Of a stretch of 64,000 nt of DNA, positions 41,461 to 57,418 are shown one piece after another; the first letter of the stretch is position 1; each line of letters opens with the position of its first letter. This stretch comes from Paraspadella gotoi (lineage: Eukaryota > Animalia > Chaetognatha). The DNA lies in assembly GCA_051294375.1 (NCBI GenBank), contig CM119267.1:22383486-22447485 (forward strand), read 5' to 3'. A program made the position numbers and the translations under genes. The notes under the pieces are model-generated. The model did no database searches, was not told the DNA's origin, and was given only the letters and a program-made list of their open reading frames with translations.

Positions 41461-44400
41461 TCAATCAGAATCGCTGGATTCGCTCTCGGACAAGTTGATC
41501 AAGGATTTGTAGCTCCTTTTGGCGCCCACTTTGGGCGCCTCCCATTTTGGCCGATGATCCGTCTGCGAAGCCTCAGCGATCAACGCCATTTTCAGAAATT
41601 CGTCGTCGTCCTCGTCGGAAAACGCGTTGGTGGGATCCACTTCCGGACGCAAGAGTTTTGGGTGGGTCAGGGGCGACGCTAGGGAGACTGGCTCCGTAGG
41701 GGTGGGGACTTCGAGACACGTGACGCGGCGCTTTCCACGCCCTCCGGCGGCCGCCGGTCGAGAGGGAACTTTGATTCTTCGATTCCTGACGGCACGAGAC
41801 TGGATGACGGGAGCAGGGGCGTCGGCGGGCACGGAGCGAGAGGATTTGTCGGTCACCGCTCGAGACTGTTGACTGGCATTGACAGAGTCGGGGTCTTTGG
41901 GTTCGAAGGTCGGTTTAGTTTTTGCATTGTTCTTCTTCTTCGCATTCTCGTTTGATTTCGGTTTCGTTCGAATCGGCTTCTTTTTTTCATCGGTCGAGTC
42001 CGTTTTCTTTATTTCCTTTGTCGCAACATTTTCGCTCGTTGTGACGGTTCCCTTTTTCTCTTCTACTTCTTTATTTTTGTCCATTTCTCCGTTTTTATCC
42101 CCTTTGTTCATTTTCTTCTCATCTTTTTTATCATCGTTCTCGTACTTTTTTCTCTCGGCCACTTTTTTCGTCGATTTTCCCTTCCCTTTCCCCTTCCCTT
42201 TCTCCTCGCCGATTTCGTCCTCATCCAACACGTTCAACTTGGCCAAAACTGTTTTCACTCTCAGCGAGGGAATTCCCTGCGCCTTTTTCGCCGCCACCGC
42301 CTGATTAGACCAGCGGCGCACCCACTTGTCCAGCGTTCCCGGTCGGCGCTCCTTCATTCGTTCCACGACGGGCAAGAGACTCTCGTCCGTCTTCTCCCTT
42401 GCCCAACCGAACTTTTTCCTGGCGAATTCTCTGATTCCTGGCAAGTCGGGCGACGCCCACGAGAACTCCTCCAAGCTGTCATCGACGTCGGGATTGACGT
42501 AAGCTTCGTAAACGACTTGACTGGGAAACGCTTCGGAAAGGTTCAAGCCTCGCAGGCGGTTCTTCACTTTGCTGCCGAACGACTCACCCGCCGGGGCTTT
42601 GGAGGCATTCTCCCACCATCGCTTGATCCGCGACAAACCCTCGAAGCCTTCGACGCGAAACTCGTGGAGAAACTCGAAGGCGGAGACGCCGCCAACACCC
42701 TGGACGCCGTCGGTATAGTCAGAACCGGTGAGCATTGCGAAACAGATCATCTTCTCTCGATCGAGGCAGAGGTGACTCTTTACGTCCTCGATCTTGTAGC
42801 GCTCGACATCCTTGTCCTTTTTAAAAAAGTGCTTGTAGACGACGGCGCCGCCGAAGAGCCACACGTCCGAATCCTCGGTCACCGTCCCTTGCGTGAGTCC
42901 GACGAGTTCGAGGAAGGCGCACTGGGCTTCCGCCTCCGAGGCGGCGACGACGTAAGGAACGCCGAAGAGTCGCAGCAATTCTTGACAATCCTCGGACATT
43001 TGATCTGGCAGGACGATGTCCGCTCGGTCTCTGCGCATGCGCAGCCCTTCCAACAGAGTTCGCTCTTCGTCCAATTTGGAGCCGAGGTCGCGCATACCTT
43101 TCTCTTGCTCGCACTGCGCCAAGTATTCGCGGACGATCTCTTTAGTTTGGTTAGATTGGGAAGACGATTCGTTTATTCCTTCGTCGACGATTAGAACCTC
43201 ATTATCTTTATTATCATCTTCGGTAACCTCGACAAGATCTCGATCCTTTTCTTTCTCAATTCCCTCGTCAACAAGGTCCTCAACATCCTCAAAGTCGTCG
43301 TCATCGTCGTCGGATGTATCGCTCCGTCGCGGGGACAAATCTTTTCTCTGAACGAAACTCACATCCAGATTATCTTCGTTGTGAGTCAAAACGGTTTTGA
43401 CCTCACCCAAGTTTTCATCGACGGCATCGATGACATCGGACGTTTCGCTCAATTTCGCATCTTCCTTTTGTTTTTGCAACATTTGAAGAATGGATTCCCG
43501 ATTCTTTTTAATTTCTTCTTCATTCTCATTATTGGCTTTTATATCTGATTGGTTGACCTCGTCTTCTCCGTTTTTAGACTCATTTTTTTCAATATCAGGA
43601 ACTAACTTCACACTTTCCTCCATAAAAACATCAGAGATTGGCGATGCTTGTTTTGTTTCATTTTCGTTATCAGTCTTAGAAGATAACGTTCCATTGTCTT
43701 TTGCATCAGAAATATCAGCAACATTCCATGGACCGGTTTCGCGATCGTCGGGCTCTAACTTTTGCAAAATTTCACTAAATTGCTCCGACTTGACGGACGA
43801 CTTCTTGTGCGCGCTTCCAATCTCGTGCTGATTACTCTGTAGAGACAAAGCGATGGCCCTCTCCAAATCTTCATCCTCTTCCTCCGAACTCTCCTCAAAC
43901 TCGCCGTCAGATGCGGTCATCGTAGATTCCCTCAATTTCTCCATCAAATCTTCGTTCTCTTGTTTTCTATTCTCTTCCTCGATTCGATTCATGAACGACT
44001 TTTTCTCAGAGTTTTTAATCAAAACGAAATGCGAGCTGTCGGACGAAGCGATTCGAGAGGCGTCGACGACAGCCCCGTCTCCCGCATGATATCTCTTCGT
44101 CAACGTCGTCACGATGTCCCCTGCGGACTCGCATTTCATGTCGCTCTCGATCTTGTCCAGTCGGTGAGTCACCTTTCCGCGAAAGAGGACAGATTTGAGT
44201 TGAAATGACATGAAATCTCCCGGGTCCTTGGGCATCTGCTTGATCTTGTGCCAGGAATGCTTGTCCTTCCTCCTCAACTTGATCTCCGTCAAAATCTCGT
44301 GCTGAACATCGAGCGGGAGAGACTTGAACTCTTCCGAGTTGAAATCGATCGACTCCTTTAACAACACGTTCCTCTTGATCATGTCGCTGCTGAGGACAGA

Positions 44401-44971
44401 GTTGACGATCTCCTTCCTCTCGCGCCAGTGACGCTCCACGGCGACTTGATAACCGTCCGGATCCAGTTTTCCTTTTTCCATTCGCGGAAGGACGAAGACG
44501 GCGGAGTCCTTTTGAGCGCGAGCGCCACCGCCAGAGCGGAAACCCCGCGGCGGCAGTTTGGGCGGAGCCGCTACGGGAGCGCCGTTGACTTCGCTCCTCT
44601 CCTTGGCCACGTGATTCAACGCATGCTGTTGGAGAAAATTCTGCAGGAGCTTATGATCCACGTCCTGCTTCTCCTCTCTCGCAAGCTCTTTACGCTGGCG
44701 GCGCGCTCTCAGAGTGCCTGTTTCAAGGCGGGAGCGGCACCTCGAAGACGAAAACCGGGCGGATGTGATAGTAAAGGAGTTTACAAAGGCGTTGATATAA
44801 GTTTAGCAAATGGGCGTTGGACAAAACGTGGCCGCTTGAGTCGCGCATCGCCGAGATGGCTTGATTCAGCCATATGCTAATGTCCACAGCGAGCACTTGT
44901 TCTTCAAGCGAGTCTAGAGTCACCGGCCGAGCGGCCGGAGATAAAATTTGCCAGAGACCCGTTACTCCCAT
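41461..44971 (-). CDS. ERCC5: DNA excision repair endonuclease XPG; single coding exon with two apparent 1-bp deletions near 44742 and 44716
   Basis: XPG-N MGVTGLWQIL...LAVDISIWLNQ...RLCKLLYYHIRPVFVF; UIM-like DLERAIALSL; XPG-I LLRLFGVPYVVAASEAEAQCAFL...TEDSDVWLFG...LTGSDYTDGVQGVG. Confidence 0.93.
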
Positions 44972-45412
44972 GGCAACCTGTAAATAAACAAATTTAAATA
45001 TAATAAAATCTGGCAAAAATGGAATAACAAGCAGCATGCTAAGTTATGACAATGAACGAGTAAGTGCACTTTTTTAGGTTCAGAGTGACTAATTTTTTTA
45101 AAGGATAAAGTGGATATGACTATCACGGATAAGGTCTGAGTAAACATTGTGTATATAAAAACATTGACAAATTTTGTTTCGTTTTTTTTTTGGTAAGAAA
45201 CTTAATACTAAAGCAACTAGGAATGTGTTGAAGTAGAGGTGGTGAAAAATGTCTAAAAACGAGTAAAGCCAAAAAAAGTTTTTTTTTTAAAGTTCGCTCC
45301 CGAATTCTTCGTCGGAAGAGGGTCCCGTGGGTGAGGGTGAGTTCAAATCTCCCGCCTTTGACGCAAGGATCGTTTGGAACGTGATGTTTTCGTGGAGAAC
45401 GAAGGAGCGAGT

Positions 45413-48400
45413 TTAACTGGAATCTCTCGATCGCGACTGACGCTGAGACAACATCGTCTCGAACTCGTTGACCATCTCTTCTACGGGATCGCCCTTGACG
45501 GCCTCCAGTTCTTTGGCCAAAGTTTCTACGTGCTTGGACGAGCTCTCCCTCAGGTTTAGGTATTTCTCCTCCATCGCTTTCGCCCTCTCCGCCTCTTTTC
45601 TCATTTTGTTTTGCATGGCGACGATTTGGCGACGAGCGTGTTGCTGATTGGCTTCGGCTTCTTGGGTCAGACGGGAGACGGCGACGCGACTGGCCGCGAT
45701 CATGGCCGAGGCTTGACCCATCACATGATCCATCTTTAGTTTCTCTGCCGAGATTGACATTTTGTCTTGAGTTCTCTCTCTTTCCAGGGAGTCTTTCAAC
45801 TGTTGCGCTTCGACTAGCTCCTTTTGCAATTCGTCGAATCTGGTTTTGAACCAATCTCCCGCCTGTTTTAAATGTATGGAGACCTGAAGGGATTCGTCGT
45901 GAGCGTACTGCAGCTTCTCTGCCGTGTCTCGATTCAAAGCCGTCAATTCTTTCTCTCGTTTTCTCAAAACTTTATATTTCGCCTTCAACGAGAGATACTT
46001 TTCCTTCTCTTTGGCGACGGCTTCTTTTTGGGCTTCGATGAGAGCCGTGGATTTCTCTTGATGGTCGGTGAAGCAACTGAGATCGTTTTGCAACCGCGAC
46101 GCCTCCTCATAGGCGCGGCTCGTTTTCAACGCTTGGTCCTTTGCTTCCTTCTCCAATAATCTCCGATTTCTCTCCGCGTTTCCCAGCTCCTGTTCCAGTT
46201 TCGCGTTGGCGTCCAACGCGGACTCGTACTTATCCTTCAACTCGATAAGTTCTCTGATTTGCGTTCGTTGACTGGCCAGTTTATCCTTCTGCACTTGGAT
46301 ATTGCATTTCAATTTCTCTATCTCCTCGATGTTGGCGTCTCCACTTTTTCTCAGCTCCACGCATCGAGAGGCGAGCTTAGAGTTTTCTGCTTTGATCTCG
46401 TTCAGCTCCTTCTCATGCTTTCGCTTAAGCTTCGCCAAGTGGGCTTCTTTATCTTTCTCCGCTTTGTTGAGTTTGTTGTCAAACTCGACGCGCTGACTCG
46501 ACTCTTGGCTGCTCCTCTCTTGAAACGCCTTTTCCAACTGCAATTGGAGATTTTCCATTTCTCTGCTGGAGCAATCCGCGGATGCTCGGAGTTCGTCGTT
46601 GGCGCCGATCATGAGTTGAAGAGACGAGGCTAATTTCTGATTATCAGCGACCATGATCCGAATTTCCCTTTTCAGCGCATCCATCTCGACGTTGTTGCTG
46701 TATTGAAGATTATCCATTTCCGATTTGACCTCTATGTACTTTTGTTTCAATCTTGCTTCGTTCTCGTTTTTGTTCGAAATGTCTTCCTCCTTTTGCACCA
46801 AAGCGGCGTCCTTTCTTCCCAACTCTCTCTTCAATTCTTCGATCGTCGACTGCAAGTGGGAATGCGAGCCGACGGTTTTTTCCAGCGTCGCCGCCAACTT
46901 AGCGTTGTCGTTTTTCACGTCGAGGAGTTCCGTCCGCAAATCAGAAATGGTTTTCTCGCTTTCGCTCTCCTTTTTTTCTAGAGCGTCGGCCAGGTCCGAG
47001 ATTTGAGCCAAAGCGTCGTCTCTCGATCGCAGGGCGAGCTCAAAGTCTCGCTCTTTCTGTTCCGCACCCTGCTGCGTCACGAGCAGCTGCTGCTGGAGCT
47101 GCTCGCAATTCTCCCTGATCGTTTTAATCTCCCTTTCCAAGAAATAAAGTTTTTTGGCCGTGTCGTCCTTCTCGTTCTCCAAAATTTCCTTTTCCATCTT
47201 GACCGATTCGAAATCCTCGAGCTTTTCTCGGAATTGATCCACCTGAGATTCCAATTCCCCTTTTTCATAAGAGAGTTGAGAACATCGATCCATCAAAGAT
47301 CTAAGTTGATCCTGAGAGACGTCTTGTTGCTGGAGCGAGGAAATTCTTTCCCTCAACGACGACAATTCCCCTCGCATCTCTTCATTTTCGTTTCTCAATT
47401 CATTCAACTCTTCACTCTTATCCTCCAACGCCTTCTCCAGTCTGGCTTTTTCCTTTTGAACCGCCTCCGCCTTCTGATCAAGTTTCTTCAAAATGCTCTG
47501 GGCGTTTTTCTCGAGATCTTCCTTGGATGTTACCGCCTTCTTCAATTCCCCGTTCAACTTTGAAAAAGATTTCCTCAAATTCTCAACGTCGGCGTTTTTA
47601 TTATCGTTCTCCTTTCTGAGGGAGGATTCGCTCTGCTTGAGACACTCCAACTCTTGTAGCATCTCCACGTTCTTCGCGTTGAGCTCCTCGATTTTCCCGC
47701 GAAAATTCCGATTCTCGTACTTGATTCGGTTGGTTTCGTCGGAGGAGGCTCCGGCTCTGCCCTTCAACTCGTCCCTCTCCGTCTCCAAATCTCGAATGAC
47801 CCGCGACTGATCCTCGACGCGTTCCTCAGCTTCCCGAACCCGCTCGAGAAGATCGTCGGTCTCCGACTGAACCGCCTTCAATTGATCGACCATCCTCGAC
47901 TTTTCCGCCTCAGATTTAAGCAGATCATCGACTTTGGTTCTCGCCTCCGCCTCGGACCTCGCCAGCGCCTCCTCCAAACGCTTCCTCTCCTGGGCGGACT
48001 TGTTCATCTGCTGATCCATCGAGGTGGTTTTTTTCCTCAACTCGATCGCTTCGACGCTTAAACTTGAGACCGTTTTCCGTTCCGAGTCGACGGCCGAATC
48101 CATCTCTTGGATCCGCTTCAGCAAAAGGGCGTGGCTCTCCTCCAGCTTCATCCGGATGGTCCGCTCCGCCTCGACCTCGCGCCCGGCTTCGCTTACCATC
48201 TGCCGCAGGTTGATGACGTCGTCGTTCATGGAAGAGAGCTTCTCGGACAGTTCCACCTTGTCGCTGTTGTTGGTGTCAAGCATCGACTCGGCGTGCTTCA
48301 CCCTCATCTCCGCGCTCTGCCTGAGAACTCTTTCGTTTTGAATCTCGGCCTTGGCCTGGAGGACCTGACCCCTGAGCTCCTGCAAATCCTTCTCGTAGGA

Positions 48401-49165
48401 CTCGTTGAGCCGGTTCATCCTGTCCGACTTGTAGGAGCAACCCTTGCACTCGGACATCGCCTCCTTGGAGGCAAGCTTGAGTTTGAGGGATTGGATCGTG
48501 CTCTCCAGACTACAGAGGCGGGTGACCAGCATCTCGTAATTCTTGTAGACAGTCTCTACGTTGGACCCGCTCCTCGCGACGAAAGAAGCGACGGGAAAAG
48601 TTGGATGAATGTTGCGCTGAGGGGAATGAAGACCATTTCGAACACCGTTCCTCTGATCGAGCAAAAGGCCGTTCGAAATAGCGTCCTGCGACGCCCCCGC
48701 GACGCGATCGCCCGCGTCGTCTTCAGTTTTGACATCGTTACTGTTATTGTTATTACAGTTGGCTACTACTGCCGCTGGCAAGTGATTGGCTGATGAGGAG
48801 GGCAAGCCCGTGCCCGAAGAAATCGAGGAACTTCTCGACGAGGGAACGCTGATGCTATCGATGTTGGAGATGGGTGGATTGGGCCTAGTCTTCTCCGTTT
48901 TCCGCCTGGGTGTGGCGAATGGGCGGGCGACGCGGTTATCGTCTCGCGCCTCGTCCATCTCGTCGACCAAGAGATGAACGTCCAATTGGGCAGAGTTCAT
49001 CCTCCGCGAGAGTTTATGAATCATGTCGTCGACGACGCCGTTGCCCGGAGACGGAGCCGGCGCCGCGGCGTTGGCGGGGCGAGTCCCGGACGGGCGTTCC
49101 GACGACGAGCATGCCGCGTTGGAGATTCGGTGGATGGGCGTGGGTTTGAGAATCGGGCGCTGCAT
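45413..49165 (-). CDS. CCDC150: Coiled-coil domain-containing protein 150-like, single exon, 1250 aa
   Basis: Long coiled coil; LVTRLCSLESTIQSLKL, ELGRKD and HLKQAGDWFKTRFDELQKEL resemble conserved CCDC150 blocks as recalled. Confidence 0.72.
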   Translation of the reverse strand: MQRPILKPTPIHRISNAACSSSERPSGTRPANAAAPAPSPGNGVVDDMIHKLSRRMNSAQLDVHLLVDEMDEARDDNRVARPFATPRRKTEKTRPNPPISNIDSISVPSSRSSSISSGTGLPSSSANHLPAAVVANCNNNNSNDVKTEDDAGDRVAGASQDAISNGLLLDQRNGVRNGLHSPQRNIHPTFPVASFVARSGSNVETVYKNYEMLVTRLCSLESTIQSLKLKLASKEAMSECKGCSYKSDRMNRLNESYEKDLQELRGQVLQAKAEIQNERVLRQSAEMRVKHAESMLDTNNSDKVELSEKLSSMNDDVINLRQMVSEAGREVEAERTIRMKLEESHALLLKRIQEMDSAVDSERKTVSSLSVEAIELRKKTTSMDQQMNKSAQERKRLEEALARSEAEARTKVDDLLKSEAEKSRMVDQLKAVQSETDDLLERVREAEERVEDQSRVIRDLETERDELKGRAGASSDETNRIKYENRNFRGKIEELNAKNVEMLQELECLKQSESSLRKENDNKNADVENLRKSFSKLNGELKKAVTSKEDLEKNAQSILKKLDQKAEAVQKEKARLEKALEDKSEELNELRNENEEMRGELSSLRERISSLQQQDVSQDQLRSLMDRCSQLSYEKGELESQVDQFREKLEDFESVKMEKEILENEKDDTAKKLYFLEREIKTIRENCEQLQQQLLVTQQGAEQKERDFELALRSRDDALAQISDLADALEKKESESEKTISDLRTELLDVKNDNAKLAATLEKTVGSHSHLQSTIEELKRELGRKDAALVQKEEDISNKNENEARLKQKYIEVKSEMDNLQYSNNVEMDALKREIRIMVADNQKLASSLQLMIGANDELRASADCSSREMENLQLQLEKAFQERSSQESSQRVEFDNKLNKAEKDKEAHLAKLKRKHEKELNEIKAENSKLASRCVELRKSGDANIEEIEKLKCNIQVQKDKLASQRTQIRELIELKDKYESALDANAKLEQELGNAERNRRLLEKEAKDQALKTSRAYEEASRLQNDLSCFTDHQEKSTALIEAQKEAVAKEKEKYLSLKAKYKVLRKREKELTALNRDTAEKLQYAHDESLQVSIHLKQAGDWFKTRFDELQKELVEAQQLKDSLERERTQDKMSISAEKLKMDHVMGQASAMIAASRVAVSRLTQEAEANQQHARRQIVAMQNKMRKEAERAKAMEEKYLNLRESSSKHVETLAKELEAVKGDPVEEMVNEFETMLSQRQSRSRDSS

Positions 49166-49469
49166 CTCATCTAGTTTTTTTCGTCGTACCCTGACTTCCG
49201 CGAGTCTGAGAGATTCTCCCGACGCCTTCCATCGTCGTCCTCGTCGTCGTCACTCCCCTTTCTCGCTTCTTTATTTTTTTTTGTAATCGATCGAAACGAA
49301 TTAAAGAAAAAAAGAAAATAGGCGTAATCAATTGAAAATCATAAATACCGACGGATCGCTAAAGAATAAACCATGTACAACGACAACGCATGTAATAAAT
49401 CAAGCAGTTGTTTACACGAACGCAATGTATAACGAGTCTCTTCCTCATTTTTACCCCCCAAATCTTCGT

Positions 49470-52400
49470 TCAAAACAAGGGTTCCCAATTGCTGTCGTCG
49501 ACCGGTCTCAAGACGCCCTGAATGAGCAGCACGATGTCCACGAGCCACCAAATGCCAAGACCGCCGATGGTTAGCAGCTTGCCCACGCCCGAGCCCATGT
49601 GACCCAGACAGAACCGGTCCATGCCGAGGAAGCCGAGCAGGATGGAGTAGAGGAGGGTAGTGACGAAATAGTGGCCCGTGTAGCGGATGCAGGGGTATCC
49701 GTCGCGGAAAAAGACGCGGGGGCCGAGGCACTCGATGCCGTCGAGGGCGCGGCACACCACCTTCGTCCGCTCAACGTCCTCCCAGCGGTCGCCGCCCCAC
49801 GTGGCGCACCCGTGACCTAACTCGTCGCGGGCCGTCACGTTTTCTGTTAAGGGAGGAGTAAACTTCTTCAGATTCCATAGAAAATTATAATATTATTAAT
49901 ATTAATATCTATAATATTTATTATATAATAAAACCATTTATTAATTACTGGTCATTATTTACAGTTCATATACTATACCGGAAGAGCCACGAAACTGACC
50001 CCAAAGAAAAAGTTGTAGCATCTGAACTAATTGTCCGATTTTTATTAACAAGCTTTTAATTTAAAATTTAAAATCTAAATGACAGGAAAAACCTGTTTTA
50101 ATTCCGAATCTTAAAAACAACGTTCCAGCTATTTGCAAGTTTCTCTTGAAGACGAAATCTGACTGATAAAACTTTCGCAAACAAGATTCCATTAATGTTG
50201 CCCGTTGTCTATGACCCATTTCACAGACACTCAAAGGCTCAAACTTTGGCTTACTGCTGTGGGTAGACACTAGGTTAGCCATGGGATAATGATACCCATT
50301 AAAACTAACATGATTTGTGATTGTAGTTGCGCTATCAATCATATTTTTAATCGAAGTTGTTACAGAGCTATGAATTATTGGGAAGGTCACCGGGTCAGTT
50401 TCGGTGGCTCTCCTGGTACTGTGAAAATCACCAAAACATTTTAGTCAGGTCAACAACAACAAAAAAAAAATCGTAAAAGCATAAGGATCGTCGCAATAGC
50501 ATAAGAAAAATCTGGATTGACGACAAATTTGAGAAAAGAAAATTAATTTATAAACAGAAAGAAAAAGAAAAGAATAAATATAAAGAAAGAATAGAAAGGA
50601 AATAAAGAATAGAAAGGAAAGAAAGAATAGAAAGGAAAGAAAGAATAAAAAGGAAAAAAATATTAGAGATGGATTTGCGTGGACGCCGATGGACTCGATG
50701 GAAACTACGACATTTATAAACTCATTTCAGTTATAAATAATCTTTATTGATTGTCATTACTTATCATTTATTGATCTGTTTCCTTTTAGTGAAAAGAGTA
50801 TCGTGCTATATTAATAAATGATATGTGTCAGAATATTAATGCGTTTTATTTCGAATTCAACAAGGTTGATTCAGTACATACAGGAGCATCAAAAAAAAGC
50901 TAAGTCTAAAAACAAAACAAAGTTAAAGATTGCGTGAAAACCACCACCACAGACAACAAAGGTCCAAATTAAAATTAATATATTTCAATCATTAAAGAAT
51001 GCGATTATTTTTTTGATAACTAAATTTTTCGAACTATAGATCTTGGAAATAAAGTTCTTTTTACGGTAAGGAAAGAAAGAATATGAAAGGAAAGAAAGAA
51101 TAGAAAGGAAAGAAAGAATAGAAAGGAAAGAAAGAATAGAAAGGAAAGAAAGAATAGAAAGGAAAGATAAGAAAAATAAAAATAAAGAGAGTGACGAGAA
51201 GAAATAACGAAAGAAAAAGCCGATGTTGCAATAGCAAAAAGATAACATGCACGAATGCGACGCCTAATTTTACGAGTTCAATCCTAATTCAATTTTTTTT
51301 TTAAATTAAAACGCAGAGAGAGAGAGAGAGAAGCCAAATCGTTTTCGGACGAATCAGCAGAAGCAGCAGGAAAAAAGAGAGAAAAAGAAAAAGCCCCTGC
51401 AGAGCCCAAGGAATCAGCGACTGGGGAAAAGAGAGAGAGAGAGCTACATATAATTAAAAGAGAAAAAGAGAGAAAAAGACAAAAATAAAAGTAGAGCAAA
51501 TTTGTTGGTTTTGATAAAACGTAAACAAAACGTATTTAATAAACGTCCTCACACAATTTTAAGGACCTCGATGATTAGAAGCTGTATATAAATTTTCAGC
51601 TTCATACACCCAAATTTAATCTTCAAAAAGGCGATCTATAAATTGGAACGACGACGACGCCACTTATGTGCAAAAGCGTTACGAGATCGTCGCAAACGCA
51701 AAGCGATTGCGACGATAAAAAAGATTTATCCAACAATTACATTCACATCGCTACAATCAGATGACTCATAAATCGTCACAAACAATCCCCCTAAACCTCA
51801 CTTTTGTGATCGACAGGTTCATCGCACTCGACGAATTCCGAGGACAAAAAGTCGCAAGGTAGCAATGGGTTGAGTGGCATCGAGGCGGCGATGGCGTCGT
51901 CGACGCAACACGCGTCGACTACGCTATCGCCGCACGACGCCGGGCCGTCTAACGAGACGGCGTCGGCATCCACGACCAAGGGCGCCGGTGGAGAAGTGGG
52001 CGTTGGACCCGTCCTGAAGCAACGATGAGGTTCTGCCACGGAGATGGCGTGAAACTGATACTGGTTAGGATGATGGAACGAGGAGGAGGAGGAGGAGGAT
52101 GCGGCGGTGGACGACGGTGAAGGAGGATAAGAGGTCGCTGAGGCTGACGACGTCGCGCCGGAAGGGGTCGTGGACGACGACGGCGCGAGCGTCGATCCGG
52201 ACGGCGTCGTTGCCGGCGTCGTCGAATTTTCTGAAGACGACGACGACGGGTCGATCGACGACGAATTAGACGACGATTCCGCCGTCCGCCTCTCGGGAAC
52301 GTCCGCCTCGTCGTTGCTGTTCATCACAGAAACGCTTGGAGAAGAAGCTGAGGAGTTGTCGACGGCAGCGTTGAGAGAAATCGGCGGAATGTGGAGGAGG

Positions 52401-52570
52401 AGGAGGAGGACGAGGAGAGCGGGCGTCTGCGGGAGATCCGAGAGGGGAACGAGGAACGTCCAACGTTTTCTTCTTCTCCGTTGTTTCCGACGATCGACCG
52501 TCGACAACGAGGACGACGGATCCCGCCGCGTCGACCGGGAGCTTCCGGCGCCGACCGGGAGGAACGGCAT
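49470..52570 (-). CDS. TM2D2: TM2 domain-containing protein 2; 2 exons, intron 49844-51801; start codon uncertain
   Basis: [22 protein letters not shown]|[13 protein letters not shown]...[15 protein letters not shown]...[31 protein letters not shown]...[17 protein letters not shown]; hydrophobic signal segment and Ser/Thr-rich ectodomain. Confidence 0.92.
49978..50416. mobile_element. Non-autonomous TIR DNA transposon (MITE, Tc1/mariner-like) in the TM2D2 intron
   Basis: Left end CCGGAAGAGCCAC-GAAACTGACCC vs reverse complement of right end CCAGGAGAGCCACCGAAACTGACCC; TA flanks both sides (49976-49977, 50417-50418). Confidence 0.75.
50583..50656. repeat. 18-bp purine-rich minisatellite (AAAGAATAGAAAGGAAAG)n, array 1
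   Basis: About 4 imperfect tandem units. Confidence 0.8.
51073..51167. repeat. 18-bp purine-rich minisatellite (AAAGAATAGAAAGGAAAG)n, array 2
   Basis: About 5 tandem units of the same motif as array 1. Confidence 0.85.
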
Positions 52571-53043
52571 CGGAGGAAGGACGCGCCCAGAGCGCGCGCG
52601 GTGAGACGATGGGCACGCGCGCCCCGACGGTCGGACCGCGATCGCGAGAGGAAAAGGGGCGAGTCGACGGTCGCGAGAAAACGGAAAGACCCTGACCGTC
52701 CAAAAAAAAAAATGATCTTTTCTCTCAGTTGCTGTAAGAAGCTTTAATCGTTGTTCGTCATGATTTAGCACGAGGCGATCGTTGGGATTTCTCAGCGGGA
52801 CATTTCGATTCGAGCGTTAGGATCGATCGACAAAAAAATCCTTTCCCCTCCAATTTTCTTTCTTCGCTTTTCATTGTTGAACGAAGTCATTTTTCTGATA
52901 AACATTAAGAATCACCAAGTGTATAAAATGAGAAGAATATATTGCCAAAAAAAATTCCAATAAAACTACATAGCATCGGTGGGGTGAGATTCTAGTCTTA
53001 ACCTCCATGTAAAAATTTAACACCAACAATATTGCAAAAAAAA

Positions 53044-53053
53044 NNNNNNNNNN
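53044..53053. other. Assembly gap (10 N)
   Basis: Run of n in the EEF2-TM2D2 spacer. Confidence 1.
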
Positions 53054-53456
53054 ACAAAATTTGAAAACAAAAAGAATACCTACCATCTACATTTTGTATA
53101 ATATAAATGGAATGCCAATTTAGAAATCTATATAGATTAGTAAAATCATCCGTAGTTTTTCTTTTTTAGCTCGAGTAAGTATAAAATAAATTGCAAAAAC
53201 TCCAACAAAAGACAAAAAAACATTCTATTCCGTAATTCTTGTCGATGAAAAAAAAGCCGACAAATACAATACAATGTAATTAAGTTAACCTTCAAACAAA
53301 AAGTATTTGTATCTTGGTTTTTCTGGATAATACGCGAATACACAACTTGATACCAATAACGTATCTGAGATTCCACCAGAATAACAAATAACGAAAAATA
53401 ACGGAGATCGGGAATGTTACGGATTGTACCACAGTTCCAAGAAAGCCGAGAAAATT

Positions 53457-57173
<3,717 letters not shown>

Positions 57174-57418
57174 TCAACAAAAAATAAAAGGGAAAACTGC
57201 GGAAGAAAAGTCGGGGCGAGGGGGACAGATAATAATATAGTACTTATATCGATTATGATCAATTTAAAACCGCGACGACGAGTTAGGTCTATAAATACAC
57301 AATCGCAATTTTTTTTTCCTGGTTATGTTACACAAAAACTGAACAGTCAAAAGAAGAGAAATTAAACAAAGATATCCAAAGTCAAAGAAGTCTGCGAGTG
57401 ACTAAAACTGCGCAGGAT

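Noticed and set aside
44719-44741. 23-nt GT..AG segment in ERCC5 as a micro-intron explaining the frameshift
   Set aside because: Splicing it gives TTC GAG GCA CTC TGA (stop) and removes conserved residues.
50061-50390. 109-aa ORF inside the TIR element
   Set aside because: No transposase motif; treated as non-coding MITE interior.
50583-51167. 18-bp repeats as a CRISPR-like array
   Set aside because: Tandem low-complexity units without spacers in a eukaryotic intron.
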